A stretch of DNA of 64,000 bases from Promethearchaeota archaeon Loki_b32 (GTDB lineage Archaea; Asgardarchaeota; Lokiarchaeia; Sigyniarchaeales; SOKP01): NCBI GenBank assembly GCA_005223125.1, contig NJBH01000001.1:160001-224000 (forward strand). The letters run 5' to 3'. This document shows, in pieces, positions 19,764-30,267 of this stretch (positions are counted from its first letter, which is position 1; each line of letters starts with the position of its first letter). Below the pieces are notes generated by a model. That model ran no database searches. It saw only the letters and a list, made by a program, of their open reading frames with translations, and was not told the DNA's origin. The position numbers and the translations under genes were made by a program.

Positions 19764-20291
19764 TTAATTATTGGAACCTATATTCCTAAAAAGTGAGAAT
19801 AGTTCTTCTTTTTTTGATTTATCATCTTTAATTTCTTGAAATAACTTATCTATTTCAAGTAATTTTACTTTATAGTACTTTAGGTCTTCCCTGGTTTCTG
19901 AATGGATAACCGACATTTGGATTGTATCAGTATAGCCACATGCCTTTTTGACAAATTTTAAACATTGATTAACTTTTTCAAATATTAAATTATCATCAAA
20001 TTCCTTATCAACAATTATATTAATTTGCTTAATAAGCCATTCTCCACTTTCACTTTTTTTAGTTTTTAATTGTACTTTAGGAAAATCTAATTCCGCTCTG
20101 TTATTTCTCAGACAAGTTACTAAGCTAGCATTAATACAATTAATAAATGTTTTATCGTTTATTATCTGAGATGAAGTCGAAATTGCGCTAATATCTTCTT
20201 CACCAATATCTTCAAGAATACATCTAAATAAATTAGAATCATTTAAATCACAATCAAAAATTCTTATTTCCTCTTCATTCATAGCGACCAA
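19764..20291 (-). CDS. divergent OsmC-like paralog
   Basis: CINASLVTCL..., GEWLIKQINI, QCLK..KKAC parallel the neighbouring OsmC. Confidence 0.55.
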   Translation of the reverse strand: MVAMNEEEIRIFDCDLNDSNLFRCILEDIGEEDISAISTSSQIINDKTFINCINASLVTCLRNNRAELDFPKVQLKTKKSESGEWLIKQINIIVDKEFDDNLIFEKVNQCLKFVKKACGYTDTIQMSVIHSETREDLKYYKVKLLEIDKLFQEIKDDKSKKEELFSLFRNIGSNN

Positions 20292-20362
20292 ATTCTAAAA
20301 ATGATAATTATATAATTTAAAATAATTAGTTATTGTTCTTTGAAAAAAGTTTTACCTATTAA

Positions 20363-20971
20363 TTAAAAACTAGATTTTTTATTATTATTTTCAATTCTTT
20401 TTAAGGTAAAGTGACGATGTAAATGAAAGTATAAGCCAAGAAAATATAGTAGGATCAAAAAAACATAGTTTAAGGCAAATATCCAAATAGAGATTAGCAT
20501 TAAAATAAAAAGAAGAGTCTCTATTGCTATAGATATCTTATTATTATAATATTTTTCGTCAAAAAAGTATTCAGGGACTTTGTATTCAGCTAAATATTTA
20601 GGAAGATTTTCAAATTCATCTTTTGAAATTAGAAATTTAAAACCTATTTGTTTTTTTTGGAAGTAAAAAAAGTTCGTTCCCCAATCAATAGTATCAATAA
20701 TTATATGTATAGAATAACTAAAACCGCAAATAATTAATACTGGCCACATTAAAATATAACCAATAATAATTACGATAATACTTGGGATTATTGAATGAGT
20801 AATTAATAATCTATGATTATGATCTTTAGCAAATTTAATGAATAAAACATCGAAATCACAAAAAAATGAGAACAAAACAATCAATGAAAATTCCAGAAGA
20901 GTAAACTTAAAAAAATAGTTCAAAATGGAAGCAATAATAACACCTACAGCAAAATGACTGTTGATATGCAT
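20363..20971 (-). CDS. membrane-bound metal-dependent hydrolase (YdjM-like)
   Basis: N-terminal H, DFD, HRLLITHS, HIIID motifs; TM helices. Confidence 0.75.
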   Translation of the reverse strand: MHINSHFAVGVIIASILNYFFKFTLLEFSLIVLFSFFCDFDVLFIKFAKDHNHRLLITHSIIPSIIVIIIGYILMWPVLIICGFSYSIHIIIDTIDWGTNFFYFQKKQIGFKFLISKDEFENLPKYLAEYKVPEYFFDEKYYNNKISIAIETLLFILMLISIWIFALNYVFLILLYFLGLYFHLHRHFTLKRIENNNKKSSF

Positions 20972-20981
20972 AGAAACTAAT

Positions 20982-21983
20982 TTACTCTAATTTTTGACTA
21001 TTTGATATATATTTTTTTTTTTTCAATCTTTTTAAAATTGCTTTTTTAGTTTCACAGCCAGCAGGTCCTTTTTTTTCAACTAAAAAAGAAGCAGCTGCAG
21101 ATGCTAAATAAGCCGATTTTTCAATTGATTTCCAAGATTTATCCAAATGAATAAATTCATATAGGAATATTGAAAAATACACATCTCCGGCACCGGTCTC
21201 ATCCACAACTCTTTTGGCTTTAAAAGCCGGAATTTTTAAGATGTTTTCACCTCTTTTAGTGAGCATAGAACCTTTTTCTCCCAATGTCATAATGTATATT
21301 CCGTTATTATTGTATTCATAACAGTGAGTTATTACTTCGTCAAAATCATCACATTCCCCTGCAATAAGTTTCATTTCTTCCTCTGAACCTTTCAATATCA
21401 ATCTATCACCTATTAAATCTATTATTTTTCGCATATTAGCTATGATTTCAGTATCATAAACATATTTAACTTTACCATCTTCATCAATTTTTCTAATAAA
21501 ACCTTGTAAATCTATACCTATGTATGCATCAGGAAATTTCTTTAAAATTTGAGATACATATTCATAAGAAATTTCATTACATAATGGTACAAGTACGAAA
21601 ACATCAGGAGGATTTTTAAGAAAATCTAAGGGAATATCATTAAAATCAAGATTAGGACTCCTAGATTTAAGAGTTAAAGTTCTCGTATGATCAAAGTAAT
21701 CTAAAACAAAATTTGTATTTTTTACCTTAGAATATTTAATTCCTCTCAAATTAATATTTTTGTTTTTTATTTTATCCAATAAAGAATTATTAAAATTTAA
21801 TTTACCAATATGAGAAATTATGCTTATTTTAGCGTCTCGAGTGTAAGTTCTTAAAGCTAAAGAGCAGTAGGAAACACTCCCGCCCAAACTTGGCTTGTTT
21901 ATACGCTTAAATCGTATTATATTGTCAACAGCAAAGTGGCCAGCAAAAAAAATAGAAGTATGATTTTTGTTTTGACTACTCAT
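20982..21983 (-). CDS. PfkB-family carbohydrate kinase
   Basis: GGS, TLGEKGS, DETGAGD. Confidence 0.9.
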   Translation of the reverse strand: MSSQNKNHTSIFFAGHFAVDNIIRFKRINKPSLGGSVSYCSLALRTYTRDAKISIISHIGKLNFNNSLLDKIKNKNINLRGIKYSKVKNTNFVLDYFDHTRTLTLKSRSPNLDFNDIPLDFLKNPPDVFVLVPLCNEISYEYVSQILKKFPDAYIGIDLQGFIRKIDEDGKVKYVYDTEIIANMRKIIDLIGDRLILKGSEEEMKLIAGECDDFDEVITHCYEYNNNGIYIMTLGEKGSMLTKRGENILKIPAFKAKRVVDETGAGDVYFSIFLYEFIHLDKSWKSIEKSAYLASAAASFLVEKKGPAGCETKKAILKRLKKKKYISNSQKLE

Positions 21984-23111
21984 TTATGAGGATTTTAATT
22001 CTTCAATGATTTTATTTTTTTCATTTATTGTTAACTTCAGCTTATTTATTTTATTTTGTAAGTCTTCAATTAACCCTGACATTGGTCCTTTATGAACAAT
22101 AGGCTGAGATTGCTGTTTCGCTTTTAGTTCTACAATTAAATGATCCTTTCCTTCTAATTGTTCTTGAAGATTTTTTATTTTTTTATCTGCCTCGTTAATT
22201 TGAGTTGTCCACGTGGCTTCTTGTGATTTATTTTGTAAGGATTTCTGTATCTGTGAAAGTTCATTTTTGAGTTCTTCATTATCTCTCTTAAGGATTTTTA
22301 ATTCCTCTGGTTCCAATTGGAATCCTCCGCTTTCAATGGTTTGTGCAAGCTCAGATTTCTCTTTATTTAATTTTTCCACTATTTTCTTATACTTATTTAA
22401 ATCTGATTGAAGATCTTGGCATAATATTTCTAATGTTTCTGATGAGGGTTTTGTCGATAGGGGTTTTATCACTGATGATTTTGGTTCTTCCACAGGAATT
22501 ACATAATCGATTGGTAATTTTTTCATCTTCTCTAATAATTCTTTGTTTAAAGATTCGTTTTCCTCAGTTAATTCACTAATTCTATTTTCTAATTCGTTAA
22601 CTTTTGTTTTCTTTTTAGATAATTCAGATTTCAAATTATCAATCAAAGCTGTCGTTATTTCAGAACCCTTCCCTGCAGTAGAACTCTCTATTTCTTTTGA
22701 TGTCGTTGAAGCTGCTTCTAATTTCATCTTTAAATCATTAATTTCGTTAATTTTAGATATTAGTTCTACTTCTTTTTCAGTTAGATTTTTTTCTAAGCTT
22801 ATTACTTTATTGTTAAGCATTTTATTTTCTTGTTGAATATCACTTACCTTTACGTTATCAACCATTCCTGCATTTTTTAATTGTTGTTTTAGACTTTTAT
22901 TTTCTTCAATAGTTTTTGTAATTATTACTTCAGTTTTGGTGATTAATTCAATGTTCTCTTTAATTTTATTTCTCAGTCGTTCATTCTCCTCTTCTACTTG
23001 TTTAATTCGCTCTATGGTTTCTCCAATAGCACTTGGTGTTTCTATTTCATTTTCCATCTTTTTTTTCCAAAGACTGATAAAATCCTCAACTTTTTCATTT
23101 TCTTCTGGCAT
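21984..23111 (-). CDS. long coiled-coil protein
   Basis: 375 aa, E/K-rich heptads. Confidence 0.7.
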   Translation of the reverse strand: MPEENEKVEDFISLWKKKMENEIETPSAIGETIERIKQVEEENERLRNKIKENIELITKTEVIITKTIEENKSLKQQLKNAGMVDNVKVSDIQQENKMLNNKVISLEKNLTEKEVELISKINEINDLKMKLEAASTTSKEIESSTAGKGSEITTALIDNLKSELSKKKTKVNELENRISELTEENESLNKELLEKMKKLPIDYVIPVEEPKSSVIKPLSTKPSSETLEILCQDLQSDLNKYKKIVEKLNKEKSELAQTIESGGFQLEPEELKILKRDNEELKNELSQIQKSLQNKSQEATWTTQINEADKKIKNLQEQLEGKDHLIVELKAKQQSQPIVHKGPMSGLIEDLQNKINKLKLTINEKNKIIEELKSS

Positions 23112-23168
23112 TTTACTTCAAACCATTTTTTATCGAAAACATTTAATATAGGAATTGTTTTATTTAAT

Positions 23169-24053
23169 TTATTTCATTAACACTCCTGAAAAATATCCCA
23201 CACAATATCCACTAATATTTCCAGTTTTTTCAGAACTTGTGTAATATTTTAATAATTTTCCTTTACTTGCATTTAAATTTTTACATATCATCAATAAAGA
23301 AGTTATAGTTTGAGATCCACATACAGTTGTTTTTGAAGCTGTTTCTAGCGTTTTTTCAGGGTTCATATTAACAAAAGCTTCAATTACTTGTTGATCTCTC
23401 TCCTTGAATTTTACTAATTGCTTTGTATCATATATCTCTTTATGGGTCATATCAGAAGATGCAACTATAACCACATCCTTATCGTATGATTCAATTGATT
23501 TCGCAATGTCGTTTGATATTATACTTAAAACATTAAAATCTTTAACAGCAACTTTTATTGGTATAAATTTAACACTTTTTTCTTGAGCACAGTATTTAAT
23601 AAAGGGTAACTGTACTTCGATATTATGTTCTCTTCCAAAAGGATGTCCAATGAATGCCGACTCATCGTTTATAATTTTATTACTATTATCTAATATTCTT
23701 TCAGATAATTCTTTATCAATAGATATATTCCCTAGAGGCGTTTCCCACTCTCCCTCACTCATTAAAGCAATTTTACCATAACCAATATGATCAGTGCCTA
23801 AAATAATAATCGTGTCAGGTATTTTTTCTTTAAATAAATTCAGAAAGGTATATGCTGCGGCACAACCAGAGTAAATATATCCAGCATGAGGGGACACACC
23901 ACCAATAATAGTTCTCTCGTCTTTATTTAAAGTTTTAAATTCCTCACCTGGACCAAATTCTTTATCTAAAAACGAATCTTTTATTATTTTTAGCAAATCT
24001 GGTTTGTAGCGTGGATAAAAGTGACCAGCCACAATAGCCTGTCGAGTGACCAT
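23169..24053 (-). CDS. MEMO1 family protein (AmmeMemoRadiSam protein B)
   Basis: AGHFYP, PHAGYIYSG, WETPLG, EHNIEVQLPF, SSDMTH, CG, VGY. Confidence 0.92.
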   Translation of the reverse strand: MVTRQAIVAGHFYPRYKPDLLKIIKDSFLDKEFGPGEEFKTLNKDERTIIGGVSPHAGYIYSGCAAAYTFLNLFKEKIPDTIIILGTDHIGYGKIALMSEGEWETPLGNISIDKELSERILDNSNKIINDESAFIGHPFGREHNIEVQLPFIKYCAQEKSVKFIPIKVAVKDFNVLSIISNDIAKSIESYDKDVVIVASSDMTHKEIYDTKQLVKFKERDQQVIEAFVNMNPEKTLETASKTTVCGSQTITSLLMICKNLNASKGKLLKYYTSSEKTGNISGYCVGYFSGVLMK

Positions 24054-24173
24054 TTTTTTAACCCATCTCTTTTTTAATAATGCTATTAAAATTATTAATG
24101 TTAAAAATTATATAATATCATCTAATCTAAGTAAAATTGAAAGATTTATTAAATTATTTTTAATACCTCTTTA

Positions 24174-24782
24174 TTGATGAACCAGATAAACGACAAACAA
24201 ATATCTCTTGATGATATCGAAGTACCAGAAAAAATTCCTACAAAATTCATAAATAACCGAGTGATTGTTTTTAACTCACTTTTTGCGTCTTATTTATATG
24301 TTAAAGGTATCAATGGACAACGTTTTTTTGGTTCCCCATTAGGGATTAGTAAGCCGCGATTGGAGTATTTCTCAAAACCATCAGAACTATCGTTAATTGA
24401 AGCATATTATTTATTACAAAGAGAAGCTATAACAATTTTTCACGTAAAAGAAAACAAATATTTAATATCTGAAGAATTCTATGAGATTGCAAAAAAAAAT
24501 CATCATAAGTTTAAAGAAAAATACATTATCTACAAAGATTTAAGAGATAGAGGATATATTCCTAGGCCTGGACTAAAGTTCGGAGCCGATTTTGTGATTT
24601 ATCGTCTTGGTCCAGGGCTTGAGCATTCTCTTTTTATGGTTCATGTTTTACCACATGATGCTGAAATTACTGCGATTGATATGGTCAGAGCTGGTCGTTT
24701 AGCAACCTCAGTGAGAAAAAAATTTGTAATTGCCAATCCTCTTACGTGCAGTTATTACTTTTTTGAGTGGTTCAAACCTTGA
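24174..24782 (+). CDS. endA: tRNA-intron endonuclease, catalytic subunit
   Basis: LSLIEAYYL, YKDLRDRGY, GLKFGADFVIY..GPG.EHS, RLATSVRKK (Tyr/His/Lys triad). Confidence 0.9.
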   Translation: MMNQINDKQISLDDIEVPEKIPTKFINNRVIVFNSLFASYLYVKGINGQRFFGSPLGISKPRLEYFSKPSELSLIEAYYLLQREAITIFHVKENKYLISEEFYEIAKKNHHKFKEKYIIYKDLRDRGYIPRPGLKFGADFVIYRLGPGLEHSLFMVHVLPHDAEITAIDMVRAGRLATSVRKKFVIANPLTCSYYFFEWFKP

Positions 24783-24806
24783 GAAATAAGATTGGTTAAT
24801 TTATAA

Positions 24807-26627
24807 TTAGATTGTTAGACTTCTTAATCTTTTCAGTAATTTATTCTTTAATTCTTCAATTAGGTAGAAATCATCATTTTTAACAGAATGTCTAATTCTT
24901 AAAATTTCATTAATAATCTCAGAATCTAAGAAATTTTCAATTAAAATACCTTGTTCTATAAGTAATTTCCCTTCATTATAAATTAAGAGAATGATTTTAA
25001 TTAGACCCAATAATTTTTTAATTTTAGTATAATTGTCGATATCATCAAAAGCACTCTGAATTAAAAAACCATTTTTAATTAATCTTGCGAGGAAAAGAAC
25101 TAGTTGTTGATCATCAGGTAAATTTTTTTCTCCTATGAGTTGAATAATATAAGTTAATTCTTTCTCTTCTGATAATATCTCATTTACTTGTTTTCGACAC
25201 TCAATCCAATCAATATCGATCTCGGGCCAATCAATATCCCTTTCATACCACCATTCAGCGATTAATGGAGCATAATTTGAATATGAATTCATCCAATTTA
25301 TTGCAGGATAGTGCTTTAAATAAGCCAATTTTTGGTCTAATGCCCAAAATGATTGTACTAATCGCTTAGTGGTTGCGGTAACAGGTTCACTAAAATCAGC
25401 TGCAGGAGGTGAAATTGTACCAATAATAGTTAATGATCCCTTTCTCCCAATTCCTTGATGATCTGTTCCAAGTGTTTTAACAACCCCAGCCCTTTCATAG
25501 AAATTTGAAAGCTTTGATGGCAAATAAGCAGGATACCCTTCTTCTGCGGGCATTTCTTCTAACAATCCAGAGATCTCTCTAAGAGATTCTGCCCATCTTG
25601 AGGTGCTGTCTGCGAGAACAGCAACATCATATCCCATATCTCGAAAATATTCTGCTATTGTTACTCCAGAGAATAAACTAGCCTCTCTTGCTGAAACGGG
25701 CATATTTGAAGTATTAGCTATTAGAACAATACGTTCTAATAAAGGACGTCCAGTTTGAGGATTTATTATTTCAGAAAATTGCTTTAGAATATTTGCAATC
25801 TCGTTCCCTGGTTCTCCACACCCTATAAATACAACAACATCAGCATTACTCCATTTAGCTAAAGATTGTTGTATTACTGTTTTTCCTGTCCCAAAACCGC
25901 CAGGTATTGCTGTAGTACCTCCTTTTGCTATTGGAAATAACAAATCTATAACTCGCATTCCTGTAATTAATGGTTCACTAGGGTTTTCTTTCCTGGCATA
26001 AGGGCGATTTACTGTAATTGGCCATTTTTGCATCATTGAAAATGATTTCTCTTGAGAATTTATTTTCAATTTATATATTTCATCTATAATTGTATAATCA
26101 CCCTCATCAGAGATAAATGAAAGAGTGCCTGAATGATATGGAGGAACCATAATATTATGCTCAAAGTTTTGTGTTTCTTGAACAGTACCTATGATATCAC
26201 CGCTATTAATTTTGTCTTTTATCTTTCTTAATGGAATAAAATGCCACTTTCTGGTCCTAGATAAAGGAGGAAATTTAATACCCCTTTCCAATCCTCCAGA
26301 GCCAAAATTTTTAAAAACTTCTTTTAGGGGTCTTTGAATCCCATCAAAAACATTAGATATTAATCCAGGAGCTAATTCCATTGATAGAGGCTCGTTTAAA
26401 TTGATAACCTCTTCATTTAATTTTACCCTTATTGTGTTTTCATAACATTGTGCTATGATATGGTCAGAATATATTTGTATTACTTCCCCCAATATTTGAT
26501 AGTTTGATATTTTCACAAGATCATGAAGCCGAACATGATTCTCTAATCCTTTAATTTTAATGAGAGATCCAATAATTGCTGATATATAGCCTGTATTGAA
26601 TCCTTTGTTAGATTCTTCCATATACAA
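24807..26627 (-). CDS. atpA: A/V-type ATPase subunit A, second copy (A') with GEPGNE in place of GERGNE
   Basis: [35 protein letters not shown]; closely similar to 31656-33500. Confidence 0.93.
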   Translation of the reverse strand: MYMEESNKGFNTGYISAIIGSLIKIKGLENHVRLHDLVKISNYQILGEVIQIYSDHIIAQCYENTIRVKLNEEVINLNEPLSMELAPGLISNVFDGIQRPLKEVFKNFGSGGLERGIKFPPLSRTRKWHFIPLRKIKDKINSGDIIGTVQETQNFEHNIMVPPYHSGTLSFISDEGDYTIIDEIYKLKINSQEKSFSMMQKWPITVNRPYARKENPSEPLITGMRVIDLLFPIAKGGTTAIPGGFGTGKTVIQQSLAKWSNADVVVFIGCGEPGNEIANILKQFSEIINPQTGRPLLERIVLIANTSNMPVSAREASLFSGVTIAEYFRDMGYDVAVLADSTSRWAESLREISGLLEEMPAEEGYPAYLPSKLSNFYERAGVVKTLGTDHQGIGRKGSLTIIGTISPPAADFSEPVTATTKRLVQSFWALDQKLAYLKHYPAINWMNSYSNYAPLIAEWWYERDIDWPEIDIDWIECRKQVNEILSEEKELTYIIQLIGEKNLPDDQQLVLFLARLIKNGFLIQSAFDDIDNYTKIKKLLGLIKIILLIYNEGKLLIEQGILIENFLDSEIINEILRIRHSVKNDDFYLIEELKNKLLKRLRSLTI

Positions 26628-26648
26628 TTAATACCCCCTAAATTTCAA

Positions 26649-27089
26649 TTAATAAATAATTTGATGCTTACAAAATGGGCATGTGTCTACAAAATTTGGT
26701 ACTATATTACCACAATTTTCACATTTTTTAATTATTGATTTACGATATTTAAAATCAAGATTAACCGGTTTGAAGATTTTTGTTTGAGATTGCTGTAAGC
26801 CTTTTTTTCTTTTACTAGATATTTGTGCCTTTTGATTATTGATTTTTATTTTTCTTCGTCTGTCTGGAAACATTCTAGAATAAAGAGACCTTTTATTTCT
26901 CCTCAAGAAAGGTCCAATAGTAGTTAAGAAAACAAATACTACTAATAATGTTATTATTAAAGGATTGAAACCAAATTCAAGAAGGAGAAAATAGAAATAA
27001 AGTAATATACTTAAATATACAACCAGTATTATTGACCGAATAATTAGTTTTTTTCTATTTAACCTATTTTGAATTTCTTCATTAGACAT
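26649..27089 (-). CDS. 2-TM membrane protein with basic linker and C-terminal Zn ribbon
   Basis: two hydrophobic helices, K/R-rich linker, CENC..CPFC; lies inside the ATPase operon. Confidence 0.75.
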   Translation of the reverse strand: MSNEEIQNRLNRKKLIIRSIILVVYLSILLYFYFLLLEFGFNPLIITLLVVFVFLTTIGPFLRRNKRSLYSRMFPDRRRKIKINNQKAQISSKRKKGLQQSQTKIFKPVNLDFKYRKSIIKKCENCGNIVPNFVDTCPFCKHQIIY

Positions 27090-27118
27090 AATTCGTGGTT
27101 ATCACATTCACTTCAGTA

Positions 27119-29605
27119 TTATTGAAATTTTTTCAATATATACTTCTTAGCTTTATTAATTTCTTCTTTTACTGATTTGGTATCAATTTCTTTTTCGATC
27201 TCTTCAATAATAATATCCTTATCGATTTCTCCCCTAAAATTGATAATCGAATAATCATTATCTAAATAAAATGGAAAATATTCAATTCCTGCCCCCCGAT
27301 AGAACTTAAAGAAGAATTCGTAGAAGTGCAAACGAAGAGCATTGATAAAAACTAATAATCCTTCTAATAAGATTACAACTAAATTACCAAATATCGCCCC
27401 AATAAAATTTACAATCTCTACTCCAATACTCTCTCCCTCAATCAACGCTGACATGGCATTTATAGAATATAATAATGCTATATGAGCTAATGCCAATGCT
27501 AATAATCTGATATAAGATGCAACATTACTCATAATAGATAAAGCAGTGTCGAATGCTTCAATTGAACCTTCACCTAATAAACCTCCAAAAGATTCATTTT
27601 GTAAATATGAAATTTTAAATAATTTGCCAAAAGGTTTCGATATTAGCAAAAGAATTCCAGGAATTAAAACTAGTAATATAGGATATGGATCCGCGAACCA
27701 AGTATATATAGCAAAACCATATCCAAAAATTAAAACTGTTCCTCCTGTTAATAATAGAATTTTAATAAAGGAATCGCTAAATGCTAAATATTTTCTATGT
27801 TGTTTCCAGTAATTTAAAAATTGGATAAACCAACCCAAATTGATGTGAAAAACACCAATATATACAGCAAAGGTGAATACATTCATTATATTATTCAATG
27901 GATTAAATAGAGTGATATTAAAAATTCTTAAATCAAATATTCCTTGGAGGTTTAATAAGTACATAATTAAACTAAATAATGCCATACACACACCAAGACC
28001 AATAAATCTTTTCCCCAATCTACGCTTTATCGCAATAATTAGAACTCCAATAATAACTAATATTCCTCCAATGATTACTATATATCCCAAGAACTGTATA
28101 ACTAACAATGCAATCGAAGCAATGGATATCGGTTTAAGATGCCAAATTACATTTCCAAATATTTCTATTTCATGCATTCCAAAAAATTCTCCATATAAAA
28201 ATCCAACAAAAATGGCAGCCCAACCGCAAAAGAAAATTATCCAACATAGATTTACGACGTCTTTACTTCGTTTTCTTAATAATATCGCACCTAATATTCC
28301 AGAAATTATAAGAATTACTCCATGTCCAATATCACCAAACATCAAACCGAAAAGTATTGGAAAAGTTATAGCTATAATTGGAGTAGGATCTATTTCAGAA
28401 TAATTAGGTGTTCCATACATTTTGGTAATAGTTTCAAAAGGTTTTACCAGAAAGAAATTTTTCATAATAGTTGGCGCTTTTTCCCTCAAATCTTCTTTTT
28501 CTTCATGTTCTTCTATCTCTTCATCTACACTAATGTATTTTTCTTTAAGTTCTCCCTTTTTTTTCTTCTTATCAATTTTTTTTGTTTTTGAAATGGACGT
28601 TTCATATATTGGCTGTTTTTTAGATATATCAAACGTCTCAAAAATTATATTATCTTTAAAAGTTTTAAATAAAATCTGTAGTATTTCTTCTTTTTTTGAA
28701 ATTGGAACAAAAAATTTGAGTATTAAACGATTTGAAGATGATCGTTCGAATTGCTGTTCAACCCAATTATACTCTTCAATGTTTTGTACAATTTCATTAA
28801 TACCCACGATTTTTGCTAAATTATCTGATGTAATTCGATTTTGTTCTTTCCTATATCTTGATACTAAGTTTTCAATAAATTTAATCTCCTTATTTATTCT
28901 CGAAAAATTAATTCCCTCATTTGTTAAATATTTTTTTAATATTGGAACTTCTTCAGAATGAATTAATCGAATCCTTCCTCTAAATTCTTCTTCTTTATCT
29001 TTTGGATAAAGAATATAAAAACCAATTCGATCATCAGGAATTTCAAATACCTCATAAAAGTTAGGAAATTCTGAGAAATCAAGAAGATTTTGGAGATTAG
29101 TAAAATTTTTAGAAAATGTAGTAAAAACTCTAAACTTAAATTGTTTTAAGTCATCAATTTTATCTTTACTAAAATTTAATTTTTCTAAATATGTATAGCT
29201 CGCTTTTAGTGTACGAAGATTTTCTAATTCTATTATTCCTTGTGAAATATAATTATTTAGTTCGGTAAATCTATTTGCAAAAAAATCTATTTCTTCAAGG
29301 AGATGAGTAATTAATTCATGTAAATCTTTTGCTACAAATTCAGCTCTTTTATCCTTATCAACTTTCGTTTCTAAGAGCTCATATTCATTTAAATTAAGCC
29401 TTTTAAGTAAACTATTTAAATTTTTCCTTAAAGTCTTAATAGATTCTCTAATTGAATCTTTTTCCTCCAATTTTTCCTTAATTTCAGGTTTTTCTCTTTG
29501 TTTTATATGAACGGAGTTTATATTAGACAATACAACAAGAAATTGATCTTTAAAATTCTCGTTAAGTTCGGCTTTAATTAAACTAAATTCATCTTTCCTT
29601 ACCAT
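27119..29605 (-). CDS. atpI: A/V-type ATPase subunit I (a)
   Basis: PNYSEIDPT, FGLMFGDIGHG, SYIRLLALALAH (essential Arg), LRLHFYEFF. Confidence 0.95.
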   Translation of the reverse strand: MVRKDEFSLIKAELNENFKDQFLVVLSNINSVHIKQREKPEIKEKLEEKDSIRESIKTLRKNLNSLLKRLNLNEYELLETKVDKDKRAEFVAKDLHELITHLLEEIDFFANRFTELNNYISQGIIELENLRTLKASYTYLEKLNFSKDKIDDLKQFKFRVFTTFSKNFTNLQNLLDFSEFPNFYEVFEIPDDRIGFYILYPKDKEEEFRGRIRLIHSEEVPILKKYLTNEGINFSRINKEIKFIENLVSRYRKEQNRITSDNLAKIVGINEIVQNIEEYNWVEQQFERSSSNRLILKFFVPISKKEEILQILFKTFKDNIIFETFDISKKQPIYETSISKTKKIDKKKKKGELKEKYISVDEEIEEHEEKEDLREKAPTIMKNFFLVKPFETITKMYGTPNYSEIDPTPIIAITFPILFGLMFGDIGHGVILIISGILGAILLRKRSKDVVNLCWIIFFCGWAAIFVGFLYGEFFGMHEIEIFGNVIWHLKPISIASIALLVIQFLGYIVIIGGILVIIGVLIIAIKRRLGKRFIGLGVCMALFSLIMYLLNLQGIFDLRIFNITLFNPLNNIMNVFTFAVYIGVFHINLGWFIQFLNYWKQHRKYLAFSDSFIKILLLTGGTVLIFGYGFAIYTWFADPYPILLVLIPGILLLISKPFGKLFKISYLQNESFGGLLGEGSIEAFDTALSIMSNVASYIRLLALALAHIALLYSINAMSALIEGESIGVEIVNFIGAIFGNLVVILLEGLLVFINALRLHFYEFFFKFYRGAGIEYFPFYLDNDYSIINFRGEIDKDIIIEEIEKEIDTKSVKEEINKAKKYILKKFQ

Positions 29606-29616
29606 TTATAGCATAC

Positions 29617-30267
29617 TCAAATTGTTTTTTGTTTTTGGATAATTATATCTTTTGTTTTTTTTAATCTAATATAGTTTTCTCTTTCGATTTCTTCTAATAT
29701 CTCTCGAATTTTTTTAATATTAAATTTTAATCTTGGTATTATTAAATTTTTTAGACCATTTATCCTACGATTGATTTTTTTAAAATTTATAGCGTGTTTT
29801 AAAATCAGATCCTCAATTTCAGAAAATTGGATTAATTGTTCAAAAAATATTTTTAATACATTAATTAAATCATCCAAATAATGACTTGTGTTTTCGAATG
29901 TATAAGCAGGAAGTTTCTCTTCTTGAATTAATTCATATTTAATCTTTGGAATCATTATTCCTGCTTTTTTTTTATGTTGAATCTCAATTTTAGGTTTATA
30001 TTGGATCCTACTTAATTTACTAATTAAAAATAAATTATTCTTACCCATCTCTTCATAAGTGAGATTTAGCAATTTTAGTGATTTCTTAAATAGAGAGAGA
30101 AATTCTTTCCTATTTGTCTTATATTGTTTCCACAATTTTCTCAGTTCGAAAATTAATTGTTTTCTCCTGAATTCTAAAAAATTTTCTCCTTTGTCTGCAA
30201 ATGCTAACCTTTTTTGCAGTGCCATTAAATTCGATTTCGTTGGCTTAATCTCTCTAAAACTTATAAT
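29617..30267 (-). CDS. atpD: A/V-type ATPase subunit D
   Basis: NRRINGLKN.IIP, LEEIERENYIRLKK; conserved KPTKSNL lies upstream of ATG 30225, so the start is extended to ATT 30267 or ATA 30264. Confidence 0.88.
   Translation of the reverse strand: MISFREIKPTKSNLMALQKRLAFADKGENFLEFRRKQLIFELRKLWKQYKTNRKEFLSLFKKSLKLLNLTYEEMGKNNLFLISKLSRIQYKPKIEIQHKKKAGIMIPKIKYELIQEEKLPAYTFENTSHYLDDLINVLKIFFEQLIQFSEIEDLILKHAINFKKINRRINGLKNLIIPRLKFNIKKIREILEEIERENYIRLKKTKDIIIQKQKTI

Noticed and set aside
21984-23111. Coiled-coil protein as SMC or a cytoskeletal ESP
   Set aside because: No Walker motifs or recognisable domain; heptad similarity alone is uninformative.
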